64,000 nucleotides of DNA from Candidatus Altimarinota bacterium (GCA_041242255.1 JBESAV010000001.1:864001-928000), one strand, 5' to 3'; counted from the first letter of the stretch, positions 1 to 10,388 are shown. Program-made: numbers and translations. The notes: generated from the sequence alone by a model not told the origin.

Positions 1-402
1 ACCGAACACGACTTTCTCATACTTGCAGTACTAGAAGACAAGATCCTCAAAGATGGAGATGAATCAGTTCAAGAAATAGAATACTTCACTGAAACCCCAT
101 CCAATTACAACTCTGATTTATTCCAACACCAAAAAATGAAAATAGATAAAGAAGCCGCTCGAAAAGCTTTAGAAACAGTTGTCAATAACCTAAAAGAATC
201 TTTCACAAGCCCAACAGATATCAAACAAAACTTTGTAGACCTCATAAAAGCAAATAATTACAAAAACGGACAAATCCTATGGCCAACTCGAGTCGCTCTC
301 ACCAACAAAGAGTTTTCACCAGGGGTATTCGACATTGCTTATGTAATTGGTTACGAAGAAACTTTAAAAAGACTCAAAAAATCTATCGAAGCTCTTAGCT
401 AA
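1..402 (+). CDS. gltX: Glutamate--tRNA ligase, C-terminal anticodon-binding part (5'-truncated by window)
   Basis: Frame is open from base 1; LWPTRVALT..EFSPGVFD...IG.EETLKRL matches the GluRS C-terminal motif. Confidence 0.85.
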   Translation, partial: TEHDFLILAVLEDKILKDGDESVQEIEYFTETPSNYNSDLFQHQKMKIDKEAARKALETVVNNLKESFTSPTDIKQNFVDLIKANNYKNGQILWPTRVALTNKEFSPGVFDIAYVIGYEETLKRLKKSIEALS

Positions 403-1481
403 TCAACAAACTCTATAGAATTCATAACATTATCAACAGATCTTCTACCAAGGTCTGTTTTTTCAATATCAAAACTTCCTTCTAAAAGCATTCTCTCACC
501 ATCATTCATTACAAACCAATAAGCTCTAACACAATCATCAGAACTACACCTATCAGTTCTATAAAGCCTACTAACTCTGGTACTCAACCTGTTAGGCACA
601 TATATTGATACAAAATCACTTGGTAACTCCACAGCTACATTATCTAGCAACTTAACCAGCTTCATACGACTATCAAATTGCGTATCTTTCCACATCCATA
701 AATCTTCATTTTGATCACTAACCTCTGACATAAAATAAGGAATCTCAATCTCAAAGTCCTCAACTCCATAAATCTTACCTTCTGTATAAACATCTCTCTT
801 CAAGATAAAACTAATAAGTTCAATCGCATCACCTCTTGTTACCTTCTCGTGAACTGATTTAGATTCACCCAAAAATTCAAACTCATCTCCTTCAAATTCA
901 AACACCCCTTTCTCTTCTAAAAACTCAAAGTAAGAACTAAACCAAGCTCCTCCTGAATACTCAGGTGACCTAAAGTTACCATTGAGCTTTTCCATTTTCT
1001 CAAAAGAAAACAAAATTTGCTTTAAGAATTCGGCATAAGTCACATCATTTAGCATTCTAAAAGTACCATCTTCATAACCCTTCCAAAATCTTTCATCAAA
1101 ATTCGCAACCTGCTTCACTCCTGTATCCAGGGCTACATACATCCAATCTCTATCCTGATCATACTCATCAAAATCACTAAACCTATCTTCTAGTATCTCA
1201 AATGCAGACTCACCAGAGATATTATATCTATCAACCCCTAAGACTCTATTAACAACCGCAACCATTTCGATCCTCTTCAAATTCTTATCAACATTCAAGT
1301 ATCCTCCTCCACCTCTAATCCATCCTAACTGACAAACATTCACCATATCATCAAATCCATCAATCGAACTATCAACATCTATCCAATTACCGCAAACTGA
1401 TACGCTTTGTGCTCCAGCAACATTCGCTATTAACAAATGGCTCAAAACAGCAACAATCAATAAACTTATAAATCTTCTCAT
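399..1481 (-). CDS. Secreted S-layer-homology (SLH) domain protein
   Basis: Signal peptide (..IANVAGA/QS); SLH-like motifs 'KNLKRIEMVAVVNRVLG', 'KGYEDGTFRMLNDVTYAEFLK', 'VTRGDAIELI'. Confidence 0.7.
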   Translation of the reverse strand: MRRFISLLIVAVLSHLLIANVAGAQSVSVCGNWIDVDSSIDGFDDMVNVCQLGWIRGGGGYLNVDKNLKRIEMVAVVNRVLGVDRYNISGESAFEILEDRFSDFDEYDQDRDWMYVALDTGVKQVANFDERFWKGYEDGTFRMLNDVTYAEFLKQILFSFEKMEKLNGNFRSPEYSGGAWFSSYFEFLEEKGVFEFEGDEFEFLGESKSVHEKVTRGDAIELISFILKRDVYTEGKIYGVEDFEIEIPYFMSEVSDQNEDLWMWKDTQFDSRMKLVKLLDNVAVELPSDFVSIYVPNRLSTRVSRLYRTDRCSSDDCVRAYWFVMNDGERMLLEGSFDIEKTDLGRRSVDNVMNSIEFVD

Positions 1482-1493
1482 ATTTGAGTAAAC

Positions 1494-1521
1494 TTGACTT
1501 TAAACATCTTAAGTTTACACT
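1494..1521 (+). promoter_or_regulatory. Putative sigma70 promoter for the 1546 gene
   Basis: TTGACT-16 nt-TACACT. Confidence 0.5.
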
Positions 1522-1545
1522 ATTCACATACAATAATAAATCAAT

Positions 1546-1890
1546 ATGGATTTCAAACTCATGAAAGAAATCATTACAGTATTGAAACAACAAGTAAAGT
1601 GCACCAAATGCAACAAAAAATTCGTCCTACGAGAGATAGAAGTTATGGATGTTGAAGAGACTGGCATGACAATTGCCTGCAATTGCAGTCGTTGCGAGCA
1701 CCAATCACAACTAGAAGTAGATCTCAAACCAATGCAAGACTTTTACGAAAAAAACAAATCAAATAGAAAACCACAGAACTTAAAAGTAACTGCAAAAAAA
1801 ATTCACAAGATCACAACTGACGACATATTAGATATGAGAAATTTCCTTAAAGATTTTAGTGGAGACTTCAAAGAAATCTTTAAAGGTTAA
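1546..1890 (+). CDS. Small Zn-ribbon hypothetical protein
   Basis: CxxC (CTKC) and CxCxxC (CNCSRC); C-terminal 'ITTDDILDMRNFLKDFSGDF'. Confidence 0.75.
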   Translation: MDFKLMKEIITVLKQQVKCTKCNKKFVLREIEVMDVEETGMTIACNCSRCEHQSQLEVDLKPMQDFYEKNKSNRKPQNLKVTAKKIHKITTDDILDMRNFLKDFSGDFKEIFKG

Positions 1891-1894
1891 CAGC

Positions 1895-2116
1895 ATGAGA
1901 AAAGTTTTAATTGCACTCTTAACTATAGCCTTAGCAGGTTGTTCAAGCATTTCAGAAATCGAACAAGTTCAACAAGCACAAGACAAAGTTACTGATCTAA
2001 AAAATCAAGCACAAGAGCTCAAGGACAATGCCGAAACTAAAATTGATCAAGCTCAAAAAGTTAAAAAAGAATTCGACGAATTTTCCGACGCCTGGAATGA
2101 ATTTAATGGAGAATAA
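1895..2116 (+). CDS. Small coiled-coil lipoprotein
   Basis: From ATG 1895: MRKVLIALLTIALAG-C lipobox, then a heptad-rich helix. Confidence 0.75.
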   Translation: MRKVLIALLTIALAGCSSISEIEQVQQAQDKVTDLKNQAQELKDNAETKIDQAQKVKKEFDEFSDAWNEFNGE

Positions 2117-2520
2117 TGGACCTACTGCAAAGACTCTTCCAACCATTTATGATCTCTATCTACTTATTTGTGATAGGCCTTTTCTACCGTATTTACCTGA
2201 ATCGCAAACTTTCTTCTGAACAAATACAACAAATCGCCTACGACAAAAAATATATTAGAAATTGGAGCATATTAGCCAGCTTAATGTTCATTTTTATTAG
2301 TTTCACTTTTGCCTTTCAAGAAATCAACAACTCAAAACTAAGCAACATATTCTTTATATTTGTCTTAATCTCAGGAATAATCATTAATCAACTGAACTCT
2401 AAAGTCCTTAGAAAACACTTCAATACTGAACAAACAAAAATACACGCCAAAACTCACATGATCATTCAAACTTCTCTACTTTTCTTATTAATAATTAGTT
2501 TAACTAAAATATTAACCTAA
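2116..2520 (+). CDS. Hypothetical membrane protein (~4 TM)
   Basis: Four hydrophobic segments; TAATG coupling with the upstream gene. Confidence 0.65.
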   Translation: MDLLQRLFQPFMISIYLFVIGLFYRIYLNRKLSSEQIQQIAYDKKYIRNWSILASLMFIFISFTFAFQEINNSKLSNIFFIFVLISGIIINQLNSKVLRKHFNTEQTKIHAKTHMIIQTSLLFLLIISLTKILT

Positions 2521-2633
2521 TTATCAAACACTACTCCCTTTTATCCATACAATTTAGGTAAGAGCTTCTTTGCGGTTCTCGACAAAAAGTATAAACTTAC
2601 AACAATTACAAAATCAATCAACCTCTTTTTAAG

Positions 2634-3653
2634 ATGTCAATCAAGTCAGATTTCCTCATAAAGATTTATGAAAAAGCCCAGTCAAATCCAAAAAGAATTC
2701 TGTTTGCTGAATCAGATCTAGATGAAGCAACTTTAGAAGCTTGTATAAAAATTGCCGACTTAAAACTAGCCAAACCTATTCTACTTGCACAACCAGGTAA
2801 CACCAAAGGTCTACTCCACAAAATTAAGGGAATTAGTGGGAAGGTACCAGAAGAATTCGAGATAATTGACCCTCAAAATCACAAAAAAACTCTACCCCAA
2901 ATCGCAGAACAACTAGTTAATATACGAAAACACAAAGGATTAACTTTCGACCAGGCTCTACAAAAACTTGAATCACCATATTATTACTCTGTCATGCTTC
3001 TACATGACGACGAAGTTGATGGAATCATAACAGGACGAAATTGCTCTACAAAAGTATCAGTGAAACCAGCATTTCAGATTCTCAAAGCAAAAGACACTCA
3101 CCAACTAGCCTCCAGTTTTTTCATAATGCTACACCAATCAAGACTTTTACTCTTTGCTGACTGCGCTATCAATATAGATCCAGATCCAAAAGACCTTATG
3201 CACATAGCAATCGATACAGCTAAAACTGCTCAAAAATTTGGCATCGATCCAAAAATAGCTTTTCTATCTTTCTCAACAAATCAATCCAGCCTCCATCCTG
3301 AAGCTCAAAAAATAGTTCAAGCCACAAACTTAACTAAAGACTACATCTCAAAACACAACTTAAAATTCAAAGTCGAAGGAGACCTCCAAGTTGATGCAGC
3401 GCTTATACCAGAAATATCTCAAAAAAAATTCCCAGACAACTCACTTCAAGGACAAGCAAACATACTTGTTTTTCCAAATCTTTTCGCCGGAAACATTGCT
3501 TACAAAATGGTAGAACGACTCGGAAATGCAGAAGCTCTAGGACCAATACTCCAAGGTTTAAGTAAGCCCTTTAATGATCTCTCCAGAGGTTCAAAAGAAG
3601 AAGATATTATCAACCTAACTGCCATTACAACTGTTGAAGCACAATCTGAATAG
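2634..3653 (+). CDS. pta: Phosphate acetyltransferase
   Basis: FADCAINIDP, IAFLSFST, EGDLQVDAAL, ANILVFPNL.AGNIAYK, GPILQGLSKPFNDLSRG. Confidence 0.93.
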   Translation: MSIKSDFLIKIYEKAQSNPKRILFAESDLDEATLEACIKIADLKLAKPILLAQPGNTKGLLHKIKGISGKVPEEFEIIDPQNHKKTLPQIAEQLVNIRKHKGLTFDQALQKLESPYYYSVMLLHDDEVDGIITGRNCSTKVSVKPAFQILKAKDTHQLASSFFIMLHQSRLLLFADCAINIDPDPKDLMHIAIDTAKTAQKFGIDPKIAFLSFSTNQSSLHPEAQKIVQATNLTKDYISKHNLKFKVEGDLQVDAALIPEISQKKFPDNSLQGQANILVFPNLFAGNIAYKMVERLGNAEALGPILQGLSKPFNDLSRGSKEEDIINLTAITTVEAQSE

Positions 3654-3666
3654 ATAAAACCATATT

Positions 3667-4707
3667 ATGAAAAACAAAATTTTAGTCATAAACTCAGGAT
3701 CTTCCAGCATAAAAATTCATGTATTCAACGTTTCTGATTTACAAGAAACCAAAACTATCAATTACGAATACACACCATCCAAAAAAACTAATTTTACAAC
3801 CCACCTAAAAAAAGCCTACAAAAAACTCCATCTTAATTCTGAAGACTTTTTATTTGTTGCCCACAGAGTTGTTCATGGTGGTAAAAAATACCAAGAACCA
3901 GTACTCATAACTAAAACTGTAGAAAAAGATATACAAAAACTAGGTCAAATTGCTCCATTACATAACCCTATCAACCTTGAATCAATTCAGTTCTTCAAAA
4001 AAATATTTCAAGTACCACATATAGCAGTTTTTGATACATCTTTCTTCAGTCATCTCCCGAAAGTAGCTCAAATTTATGGACTTCCAATCCAGCTCTATCT
4101 TGAACACAATATCCAGAAATATGGTTTTCACGGTATCAGCCACCAGTACCTGTACAATCAATTCACAAAAGATTCCAAAATAAAAAAAGCCAGTGGAATA
4201 ACCTGTCATTTAGGAAATGGGGTTAGTATAACGGCTCACCATCAAGGAGAACCTATTGAAACAACAATGGGGTTCACACCAACCAGCGGTTGTATAATGG
4301 GAACTAGATCTGGTGATATCGACCCTGGAATACTAGTTTATCTTAAATCCAAAAACAAAAAACTAGATCTAAACAAACTTCTCAACAAAGAATCAGGACT
4401 CTACGGACTAACAGGGACTCACCACATGAAAGAAATTCATGAGTTAGCCCAAAGCAATCATCAAACCGCCAAATTAGCCATAGAAATATACTCATACAGC
4501 ATAGCTAAACATATTGGATCCCTAGCTTCCCTACTACCTAGTATTGATTTCTTAATATTTAGTGGTGGTATTGGATACAACGCACCTTACATTCGAAAAG
4601 CCATTCTTGATTATTTACCTGGTTTAAACCTACCTAAACCAACTATCCTGCAAACCAACGAAGCTTACCAAATCGCATTATTAGCTAAAGATGCTTACGA
4701 AAAGTAA
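3667..4707 (+). CDS. ackA: Acetate kinase (compact, 346 aa)
   Basis: ILVINSGSSSIK, HRVVHGG, APLHNP, YGFHGISH, CHLGNG, MGTRSGDIDPG, TNE. Confidence 0.93.
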   Translation: MKNKILVINSGSSSIKIHVFNVSDLQETKTINYEYTPSKKTNFTTHLKKAYKKLHLNSEDFLFVAHRVVHGGKKYQEPVLITKTVEKDIQKLGQIAPLHNPINLESIQFFKKIFQVPHIAVFDTSFFSHLPKVAQIYGLPIQLYLEHNIQKYGFHGISHQYLYNQFTKDSKIKKASGITCHLGNGVSITAHHQGEPIETTMGFTPTSGCIMGTRSGDIDPGILVYLKSKNKKLDLNKLLNKESGLYGLTGTHHMKEIHELAQSNHQTAKLAIEIYSYSIAKHIGSLASLLPSIDFLIFSGGIGYNAPYIRKAILDYLPGLNLPKPTILQTNEAYQIALLAKDAYEK

Positions 4708-4744
4708 TTTCTATGGTATAATAAATAGATAATTAACTACAAAC

Positions 4745-6241
4745 ATGAGATTACCTTTTTACAAAATACCAATCAAAAACGGTAAACTTTTTTTAGCAGT
4801 CCTTCACACTGAAGATGCCAAAAAGCTAAGTATCAAACCTGGAGACAGATTAAAACTCCAAAACACTTCAAAAAACTACAAAGAAATCACCGCAATTTGT
4901 GAAGTTACAGAAGAAAAAAAACACCTAGGTAAAATAGGTCTATATTCTGAAACAATTCAACAAATAAACGCTACAAAATCAGATGAAATCAAAGTCACCG
5001 TAGCCGAAACCCCTATCTCAGTAGAATACATAAAAAACAAACTTAACGGCCATAGACTAACCGAAGAAGAGATAAATGAAATCGTGAAAGACATAGTTCA
5101 CGACAATCTATCAAAGTCAGAAATGTCTTATTTCATTGCTGCCTGTTATGTACATGGACTTGATGATTACGAAACAGCCTTCCTAACCAAATCAATAGTA
5201 AGCAATGGTCAAACTATTAAATTCTCCGAAGGAAGAATAGTAGACAAACATTGTATAGGAGGAGTTCCAGGAAACAGAACCACTATGTTAATTGTTCCAA
5301 TCATAACTGCAGCCGGACTTAAGATGCCTAAAACCTCATCTAGATCAATCACTTCACCAGCTGGAACAGCCGATACTATGGAGGTATTATCAAACGTAAC
5401 AGTAGAGGCTGACGATTTATATAAAATCGCCCAAAAAGTTGGTGGTTTCATAGCTTGGGGTGGTGGTGTAGACATTGCTTCTGCTGATGACAAACTGATT
5501 GCACTTAGACACACAATGAGCTTAGATCCTCAAGGAATGCTTATCGCATCTATTATGGCCAAGAAATTTGCAGTTGGTTCAACCGACGTACTAATCGACG
5601 TACCTTATGGAGAACAAGTAAAAGTTAAAACCAAGTCAGGAGCAACAAAACTTAAAAAACGCTTTGAAAAAATAGGAAAACTTCTAGGTATGAACGTCAA
5701 AGTGATCCTTACAAAGGGAGAACAACCTATCGGAAACGGTATAGGCCCTGTCTTAGAAGCCGTCGACGTGATGAAAGTTCTAAAACAGGAAGAAGACAGA
5801 CCAAAAGATCTTGAAGAAAAATCCTTAGAAATGGCTGGGATCATACTTGAAATGAGCGGAACATGTAAAAGAAACCAAGGTTATAAACTCGCCAAACAAA
5901 TTCTTACTTCAAAAGAGGCATTAGCCCAAATGAAGAAAATCATGAAGGCTCAAGGAAAATCAAAGATCAAAATCAAAGCAGCTAAATTCAAAACTGAAAT
6001 CAAAACTCCTCATAAAGGAAAGCTAACCTTCACCAACAATAAACTCATATCACTTATTGCTAGAACAGCTGGATCACCAAACGATCCATACGCAGGAGTT
6101 TACATACACCAAAAAGTTGGAAATAAATTCAAAAAAGGACAACCACTTATAACAATTCAAGGTAACAACAAAAACAGAGTTAAAGAAGCAGAAGAAATTC
6201 TAAAAAAAGAATTCCAAAACCTTTTTACTATCAAAAACTAG
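4745..6241 (+). CDS. AMP phosphorylase (archaeal-type thymidine phosphorylase family)
   Basis: ~500 aa with N-terminal extension; DKHCIGGVPGNRTT and KTSSRSITSPAGTADTME; TGGTATAAT extended -10 just upstream. Confidence 0.88.
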   Translation: MRLPFYKIPIKNGKLFLAVLHTEDAKKLSIKPGDRLKLQNTSKNYKEITAICEVTEEKKHLGKIGLYSETIQQINATKSDEIKVTVAETPISVEYIKNKLNGHRLTEEEINEIVKDIVHDNLSKSEMSYFIAACYVHGLDDYETAFLTKSIVSNGQTIKFSEGRIVDKHCIGGVPGNRTTMLIVPIITAAGLKMPKTSSRSITSPAGTADTMEVLSNVTVEADDLYKIAQKVGGFIAWGGGVDIASADDKLIALRHTMSLDPQGMLIASIMAKKFAVGSTDVLIDVPYGEQVKVKTKSGATKLKKRFEKIGKLLGMNVKVILTKGEQPIGNGIGPVLEAVDVMKVLKQEEDRPKDLEEKSLEMAGIILEMSGTCKRNQGYKLAKQILTSKEALAQMKKIMKAQGKSKIKIKAAKFKTEIKTPHKGKLTFTNNKLISLIARTAGSPNDPYAGVYIHQKVGNKFKKGQPLITIQGNNKNRVKEAEEILKKEFQNLFTIKN

Positions 6242-8097
6242 CTACTAGTATCTAAATCAATTGAATATATAGATCTATCATCAATCAGATAGATCTTTTC
6301 TCCTAAATAATCGATATCAAAATCTACTACATCTAATTCAGGAAAATAATACTGCCTAACATAATCCAAAGAAGATCTACTCGAAGACTTAAAATACTGA
6401 ACTATTCTATTTTCTGATTTTTCAAAAACAAAAACATAAGGAACATCCAATTCAGTATAAATCTTGGTTGGATTTAAAATAGGCAACATTGGTTTACTTT
6501 CAATTCTAAAATCATCATCTAGCTCTCCACTTAAAAATCTAAATATATCTCCACCTTCAGTAACAACGTATATGTAACCATCAATAGCAAGATCTACCGC
6601 ACTATCGATAAACCTTCCATAACCCTCCAACAAATATGGATTTGCCTGCCTAACAGTATCTCTTCCAACTTGATATCTCCAAATCTGCCTATTTTCAACA
6701 TCTAATGCATAAAGCCTCCCTGCATACCAAGATACTCCATCCTGAACATTAAAATCATCATCCTCAGACGCTAAATTTCTTGCTAAACCATCTCCAACAC
6801 TTATAGCCCCTTCTTCATTTAAAGCATATAAAGTATCCTCTGCATCATCCCATACATATTGATCAACCCCAACACCAGGATCAAAAGTTATCGGCTCTTT
6901 TTCTACACCTGAAACAAACTGGAATAACCTATTTTGCGTAACTGCATAAAGATTAACCCCATCACTATGAACCGATTGCAAGGTATAGTTCATCTCAGCT
7001 GGACCTATAATGTCATGCTCCAACCTTGGATCAACCGTCACGACATTATCAACCTTAGATTTTATTTCTCTTATTTGGTCATACAAAAGCTCTGATTCAT
7101 CTTCTAACTCTTCTACTCCTCTAGCTAAAGTTATCTTTGCTTCAGCATTCTGCAACAAATTACTAATGGCATCTTTATCGAATTCACTCTTTGCATTATT
7201 AATTATCAATTGAGCAACATCCAATTCATCTCTATATCGATCGATTTCTGCTCTAACTACAGATAAATGCGCTAAATACAAAGTAGATCCCGCAAAAACA
7301 ATCAACAGTAAAATAACCGAAACCATAATATTCTTTCTCAAACCTGCATCAATAGACTTTATATCCCCCCTTGCCAAAGATCTAAACACGAAGCTAGCTC
7401 CTCGCTTAAATCTTTGAAGCATCTCACCCTTTTCTACTACAGGAGCCTCTTTCCTAAACACAACATCTTTACACTCAATAAAATCAATAAGCAGCTTTCC
7501 ATCTAACTCAAACTCAACTTTGTCAGTTAACCATTTCACAAAATCACCAAATTGCATTCTCAAAGACTCTCTAATCAACTGAGACTCTGAAACATATCTA
7601 AGCAACCTAACATTTGAAACAATATACCTATCCTTTACCTCAATTGCCCCAGAAACAACATTATCAAATAACTCATCACTTCCTGAAGTCACTTCAATAG
7701 CATCACCAACATTCATAAACTCTCCAGATCGAACCAGATAAATCTCACCGCTACCCGATTTCGTAAAAGCAATCTTCCCATTAGACTCAGCAATCAAAAC
7801 TGCAGACAGACTCAAATCTTCAACTTCAGAAGTAAGCTCTAAAAAAACCTGATTCACCTTCATTACACCAGCTTCGAACCTATTAAATAAATTTCCATCT
7901 TCCAAAAACTTCTCTTTAAATGAATCATTCAAAGCATTTACAAGTTCATTCAGAAACACCTTATCTTCACTCTTTTCTACTCTAAACAAAAAGTTATAAC
8001 TCCCCTTCCCTTTATCCAGAACTAAACTAAAAGATTCATCAAAACTTTCTCCTTCACCAATTACGATAGATTTTAGATTGATCTCTGTTCTATTCAT
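6238..8097 (-). CDS. Membrane protein: degenerate PP2C-like N-domain, 1 TM, coiled coil, C-terminal beta-propeller
   Basis: 'SGSGEIYLVRSG' PP2C-like strand without the catalytic DG; TM 'IMVSVILLLIVFAGSTLYL'; NHL-like blades 'LYALDVENRQIWRY' and 'DLAIDGYIYVV'. Confidence 0.6.
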   Translation of the reverse strand: MNRTEINLKSIVIGEGESFDESFSLVLDKGKGSYNFLFRVEKSEDKVFLNELVNALNDSFKEKFLEDGNLFNRFEAGVMKVNQVFLELTSEVEDLSLSAVLIAESNGKIAFTKSGSGEIYLVRSGEFMNVGDAIEVTSGSDELFDNVVSGAIEVKDRYIVSNVRLLRYVSESQLIRESLRMQFGDFVKWLTDKVEFELDGKLLIDFIECKDVVFRKEAPVVEKGEMLQRFKRGASFVFRSLARGDIKSIDAGLRKNIMVSVILLLIVFAGSTLYLAHLSVVRAEIDRYRDELDVAQLIINNAKSEFDKDAISNLLQNAEAKITLARGVEELEDESELLYDQIREIKSKVDNVVTVDPRLEHDIIGPAEMNYTLQSVHSDGVNLYAVTQNRLFQFVSGVEKEPITFDPGVGVDQYVWDDAEDTLYALNEEGAISVGDGLARNLASEDDDFNVQDGVSWYAGRLYALDVENRQIWRYQVGRDTVRQANPYLLEGYGRFIDSAVDLAIDGYIYVVTEGGDIFRFLSGELDDDFRIESKPMLPILNPTKIYTELDVPYVFVFEKSENRIVQYFKSSSRSSLDYVRQYYFPELDVVDFDIDYLGEKIYLIDDRSIYSIDLDTSS

Positions 8098-8154
8098 ACT
8101 GAAATTTAATTATTCGCATTTTAGCATATTTTCAAGCTAGATCACTAAAAAACT

Positions 8155-8183
8155 TTGACTAAAAACATAATATAACATAGTAT
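8155..8183 (+). promoter_or_regulatory. sigma70 promoter of the rpmH operon
   Basis: TTGACT-17 nt-TAGTAT. Confidence 0.6.
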
Positions 8184-8219
8184 CCGACTACCAAATATGA
8201 CTATTAACTAAGCACACCC

Positions 8220-8363
8220 ATGTCGAAAAATGTAGGTAAAATGAAAGGGAACAAAAGAAGAAGAAAAAGAGTTCATGGTTTCCTAAGAAGAAAACTAACC
8301 AAAGCTGGTAGAAACGTACTTAAAAGAAGAAGACAAAAAGGTAGAAAAAGATTAACTGTTTAA
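8220..8363 (+). CDS. rpmH: 50S ribosomal protein L34 (not in the ORF track)
   Basis: Manual translation [47 protein letters not shown]; directly upstream of rnpA. Confidence 0.95.
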   Translation: MSKNVGKMKGNKRRRKRVHGFLRRKLTKAGRNVLKRRRQKGRKRLTV

Positions 8364-8367
8364 GTAG

Positions 8368-8721
8368 ATGATCCCACAAGATTTACGTCTTAAACAAAAT
8401 CACAGCATAAACAAAGTATTCAAAAATGGTCAGCATTCCAAAAGCGACCATTTTTTCTATAAACATACAAAAAACGAACACCAATCCCCAAAATTCTGCA
8501 TAACTGTTGCCAAAAAATTAAAACTTAACAAACCGCAACGAAACAAACTCAAAAGACAAATATCCCACATTGTCTATGATTTTATTAAAGCCAATCCTTC
8601 AAAAACTAATTTACCCTTCAACATAGTTATTGTTTTACATACAATACCCAAGAGTAAAAACTATTTTTTAGTTTTAAAAAATGAAATTCAAGAGACACTA
8701 AACAAACTTTCAAATGAATAA
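8368..8721 (+). CDS. rnpA: Ribonuclease P protein component
   Basis: RL...I..VFKNG, ITVAKK, RNKLKRQI (RNR-like motif); rpmH-rnpA-yidC synteny. Confidence 0.88.
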   Translation: MIPQDLRLKQNHSINKVFKNGQHSKSDHFFYKHTKNEHQSPKFCITVAKKLKLNKPQRNKLKRQISHIVYDFIKANPSKTNLPFNIVIVLHTIPKSKNYFLVLKNEIQETLNKLSNE

Positions 8722-9922
8722 TAAATACTTAAATTACGCTATACTATTCCTATTAATTTTTTTACTAGGACAAACTTTTCTAAGCACCCCTCAAGTTGAA
8801 ACAGAACAACCCGACACTCCAATAACTTTTCAAACAACCAAAAACTCATACAAACAAGGGAAAGTTATTGAACTAAAACTCCAGAACCACACAGATGAGA
8901 ACATAAATATCCAACTAAACTCATGCCCTGAAGAACCATTCAACGTCTACAAAGTTGGTTCTGAAGAAAACACACAAGTCTCAGCCACTCCAGAAATCCC
9001 ATGTGAAAGCATTAATAATCCATACAAAGAAGAGATCCTAATTAAAGCCCAATCTACTTCAACTCTCAGATACAACTACTGGAGCAACCAACTATTCCAG
9101 GAACAAGGAAGATACAAGATTTCAGCAAACATAAAACTTCCAGATGAAACATTCCAAGTAAATTCAAACGAATTTGAGATAACAGAACCAGGACTCATTT
9201 GGAAAACCTGGAATACAGTTCTCTACAGACCTATCTACAACGCTTTGATATTCTTAATAGATATCATACCAGGTAAAAATCTTGGTGTAGGTATAATTGC
9301 ACTAACCTTAATCATACGAGGGCTACTTTACGGACAAAACAAGAAAGCTCTTACTGCCCAAAAGAAAATGGCCGAAATACAACCTCGACTAAACAACCTT
9401 CGAGAAAAATACAAAGACAACCAACAAAAACTTGCTGAAGAAACAATGAAAATTTGGCAAGAACACAAAGTTAACCCTATGAGCGGTTGCATGCCATTAT
9501 TAGTACAATTCCCCATACTTATTGCACTCTTCTACGTTGTACAAGATGGTATAAACCCAGATCAAACTTTATTCCTATATGCTCCTTTGAAAGATTTCAC
9601 ATTTCAAAATGTAACAACCAATTTCCTAGGATTACTAGAGTTAACTAAACAAAACTTATACGTACTACCTCTTATAGTGGGTGGACTACAATTCTTCCAA
9701 CTCTATCTAGCCAATCAAAGAAATAAAAACCAAAACAAAACTAAAAACAAGCAAGCCGAGCAAATGCAATCTGTACAAAACACTATGCTTTATTTCATGC
9801 CAGTTATGATCGCTGTTATTACAGCAAGCTTACCTGCAGGGGTTGGATTGTATTGGGGAACATCAACTTTATTTGCTATAATGCAACAAGTAATTATCAA
9901 CAAAGAAACTAATACCAATTAA
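8714..9922 (+). CDS. yidC: Membrane protein insertase YidC
   Basis: GIIALTLIIR, MAEIQPRL, NPMSGCMPLLVQFPILIALF, PAGVGLYW. Confidence 0.93.
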   Translation: MNNKYLNYAILFLLIFLLGQTFLSTPQVETEQPDTPITFQTTKNSYKQGKVIELKLQNHTDENINIQLNSCPEEPFNVYKVGSEENTQVSATPEIPCESINNPYKEEILIKAQSTSTLRYNYWSNQLFQEQGRYKISANIKLPDETFQVNSNEFEITEPGLIWKTWNTVLYRPIYNALIFLIDIIPGKNLGVGIIALTLIIRGLLYGQNKKALTAQKKMAEIQPRLNNLREKYKDNQQKLAEETMKIWQEHKVNPMSGCMPLLVQFPILIALFYVVQDGINPDQTLFLYAPLKDFTFQNVTTNFLGLLELTKQNLYVLPLIVGGLQFFQLYLANQRNKNQNKTKNKQAEQMQSVQNTMLYFMPVMIAVITASLPAGVGLYWGTSTLFAIMQQVIINKETNTN

Positions 9923-9924
9923 AC

Positions 9925-10386
9925 ATGGAAGAATACTTACAGGAGATAATCCAAAATTCACTAGAAGCCCTAGGAGTAAGTCACTCTCACGTAGATATAC
10001 AACTTCAAAAAAATCTAAGTGACGAGGATGAATATTACTGTGACATTCAGACTAGAGAAGCATCTCTACTGATTGGTAAACAAGGAAACAATATCAATGC
10101 ACTTGAGCATTTAATCAAACTAATTCTTATCAAACGTTTTGATAAAATTGTTAATATTACTCTCGATGCAGATGGATACAAAAAAAGACAAATCGAAAAC
10201 GCAATTGGTGTAGCAGAAAGACATATTGAAAAACTTAAAGAATCAGAAAAAGAACAAAGCCTTCCACCAATGCAAGCAATGTTCAGACGTGCGGTTCATA
10301 TGCACATTGCAGAAAACTTCCCCGAAGTTAAAACTGACTCCCACGGTTATGGGAAATTTAGACATATAAAATTAAGCTTAAAATAA
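9925..10386 (+). CDS. jag: Jag/KhpB (EloR)-like KH + R3H protein, short form
   Basis: LLIGKQGNNINALEH (KH), LPPM...RRAVH (R3H); follows yidC. Confidence 0.85.
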   Translation: MEEYLQEIIQNSLEALGVSHSHVDIQLQKNLSDEDEYYCDIQTREASLLIGKQGNNINALEHLIKLILIKRFDKIVNITLDADGYKKRQIENAIGVAERHIEKLKESEKEQSLPPMQAMFRRAVHMHIAENFPEVKTDSHGYGKFRHIKLSLK

Positions 10387-10388
10387 TC

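Noticed and set aside
2521-2633. DnaA-box-like words (TTATCAAAC, TTATCCATA)
   Set aside because: Both are mismatched and there are only two; perfect TTATCCACA copies occur singly inside dnaG and holA.
8098-8219. Possible oriC upstream of rpmH
   Set aside because: No dnaA, no DnaA-box cluster and no change in skew direction here.
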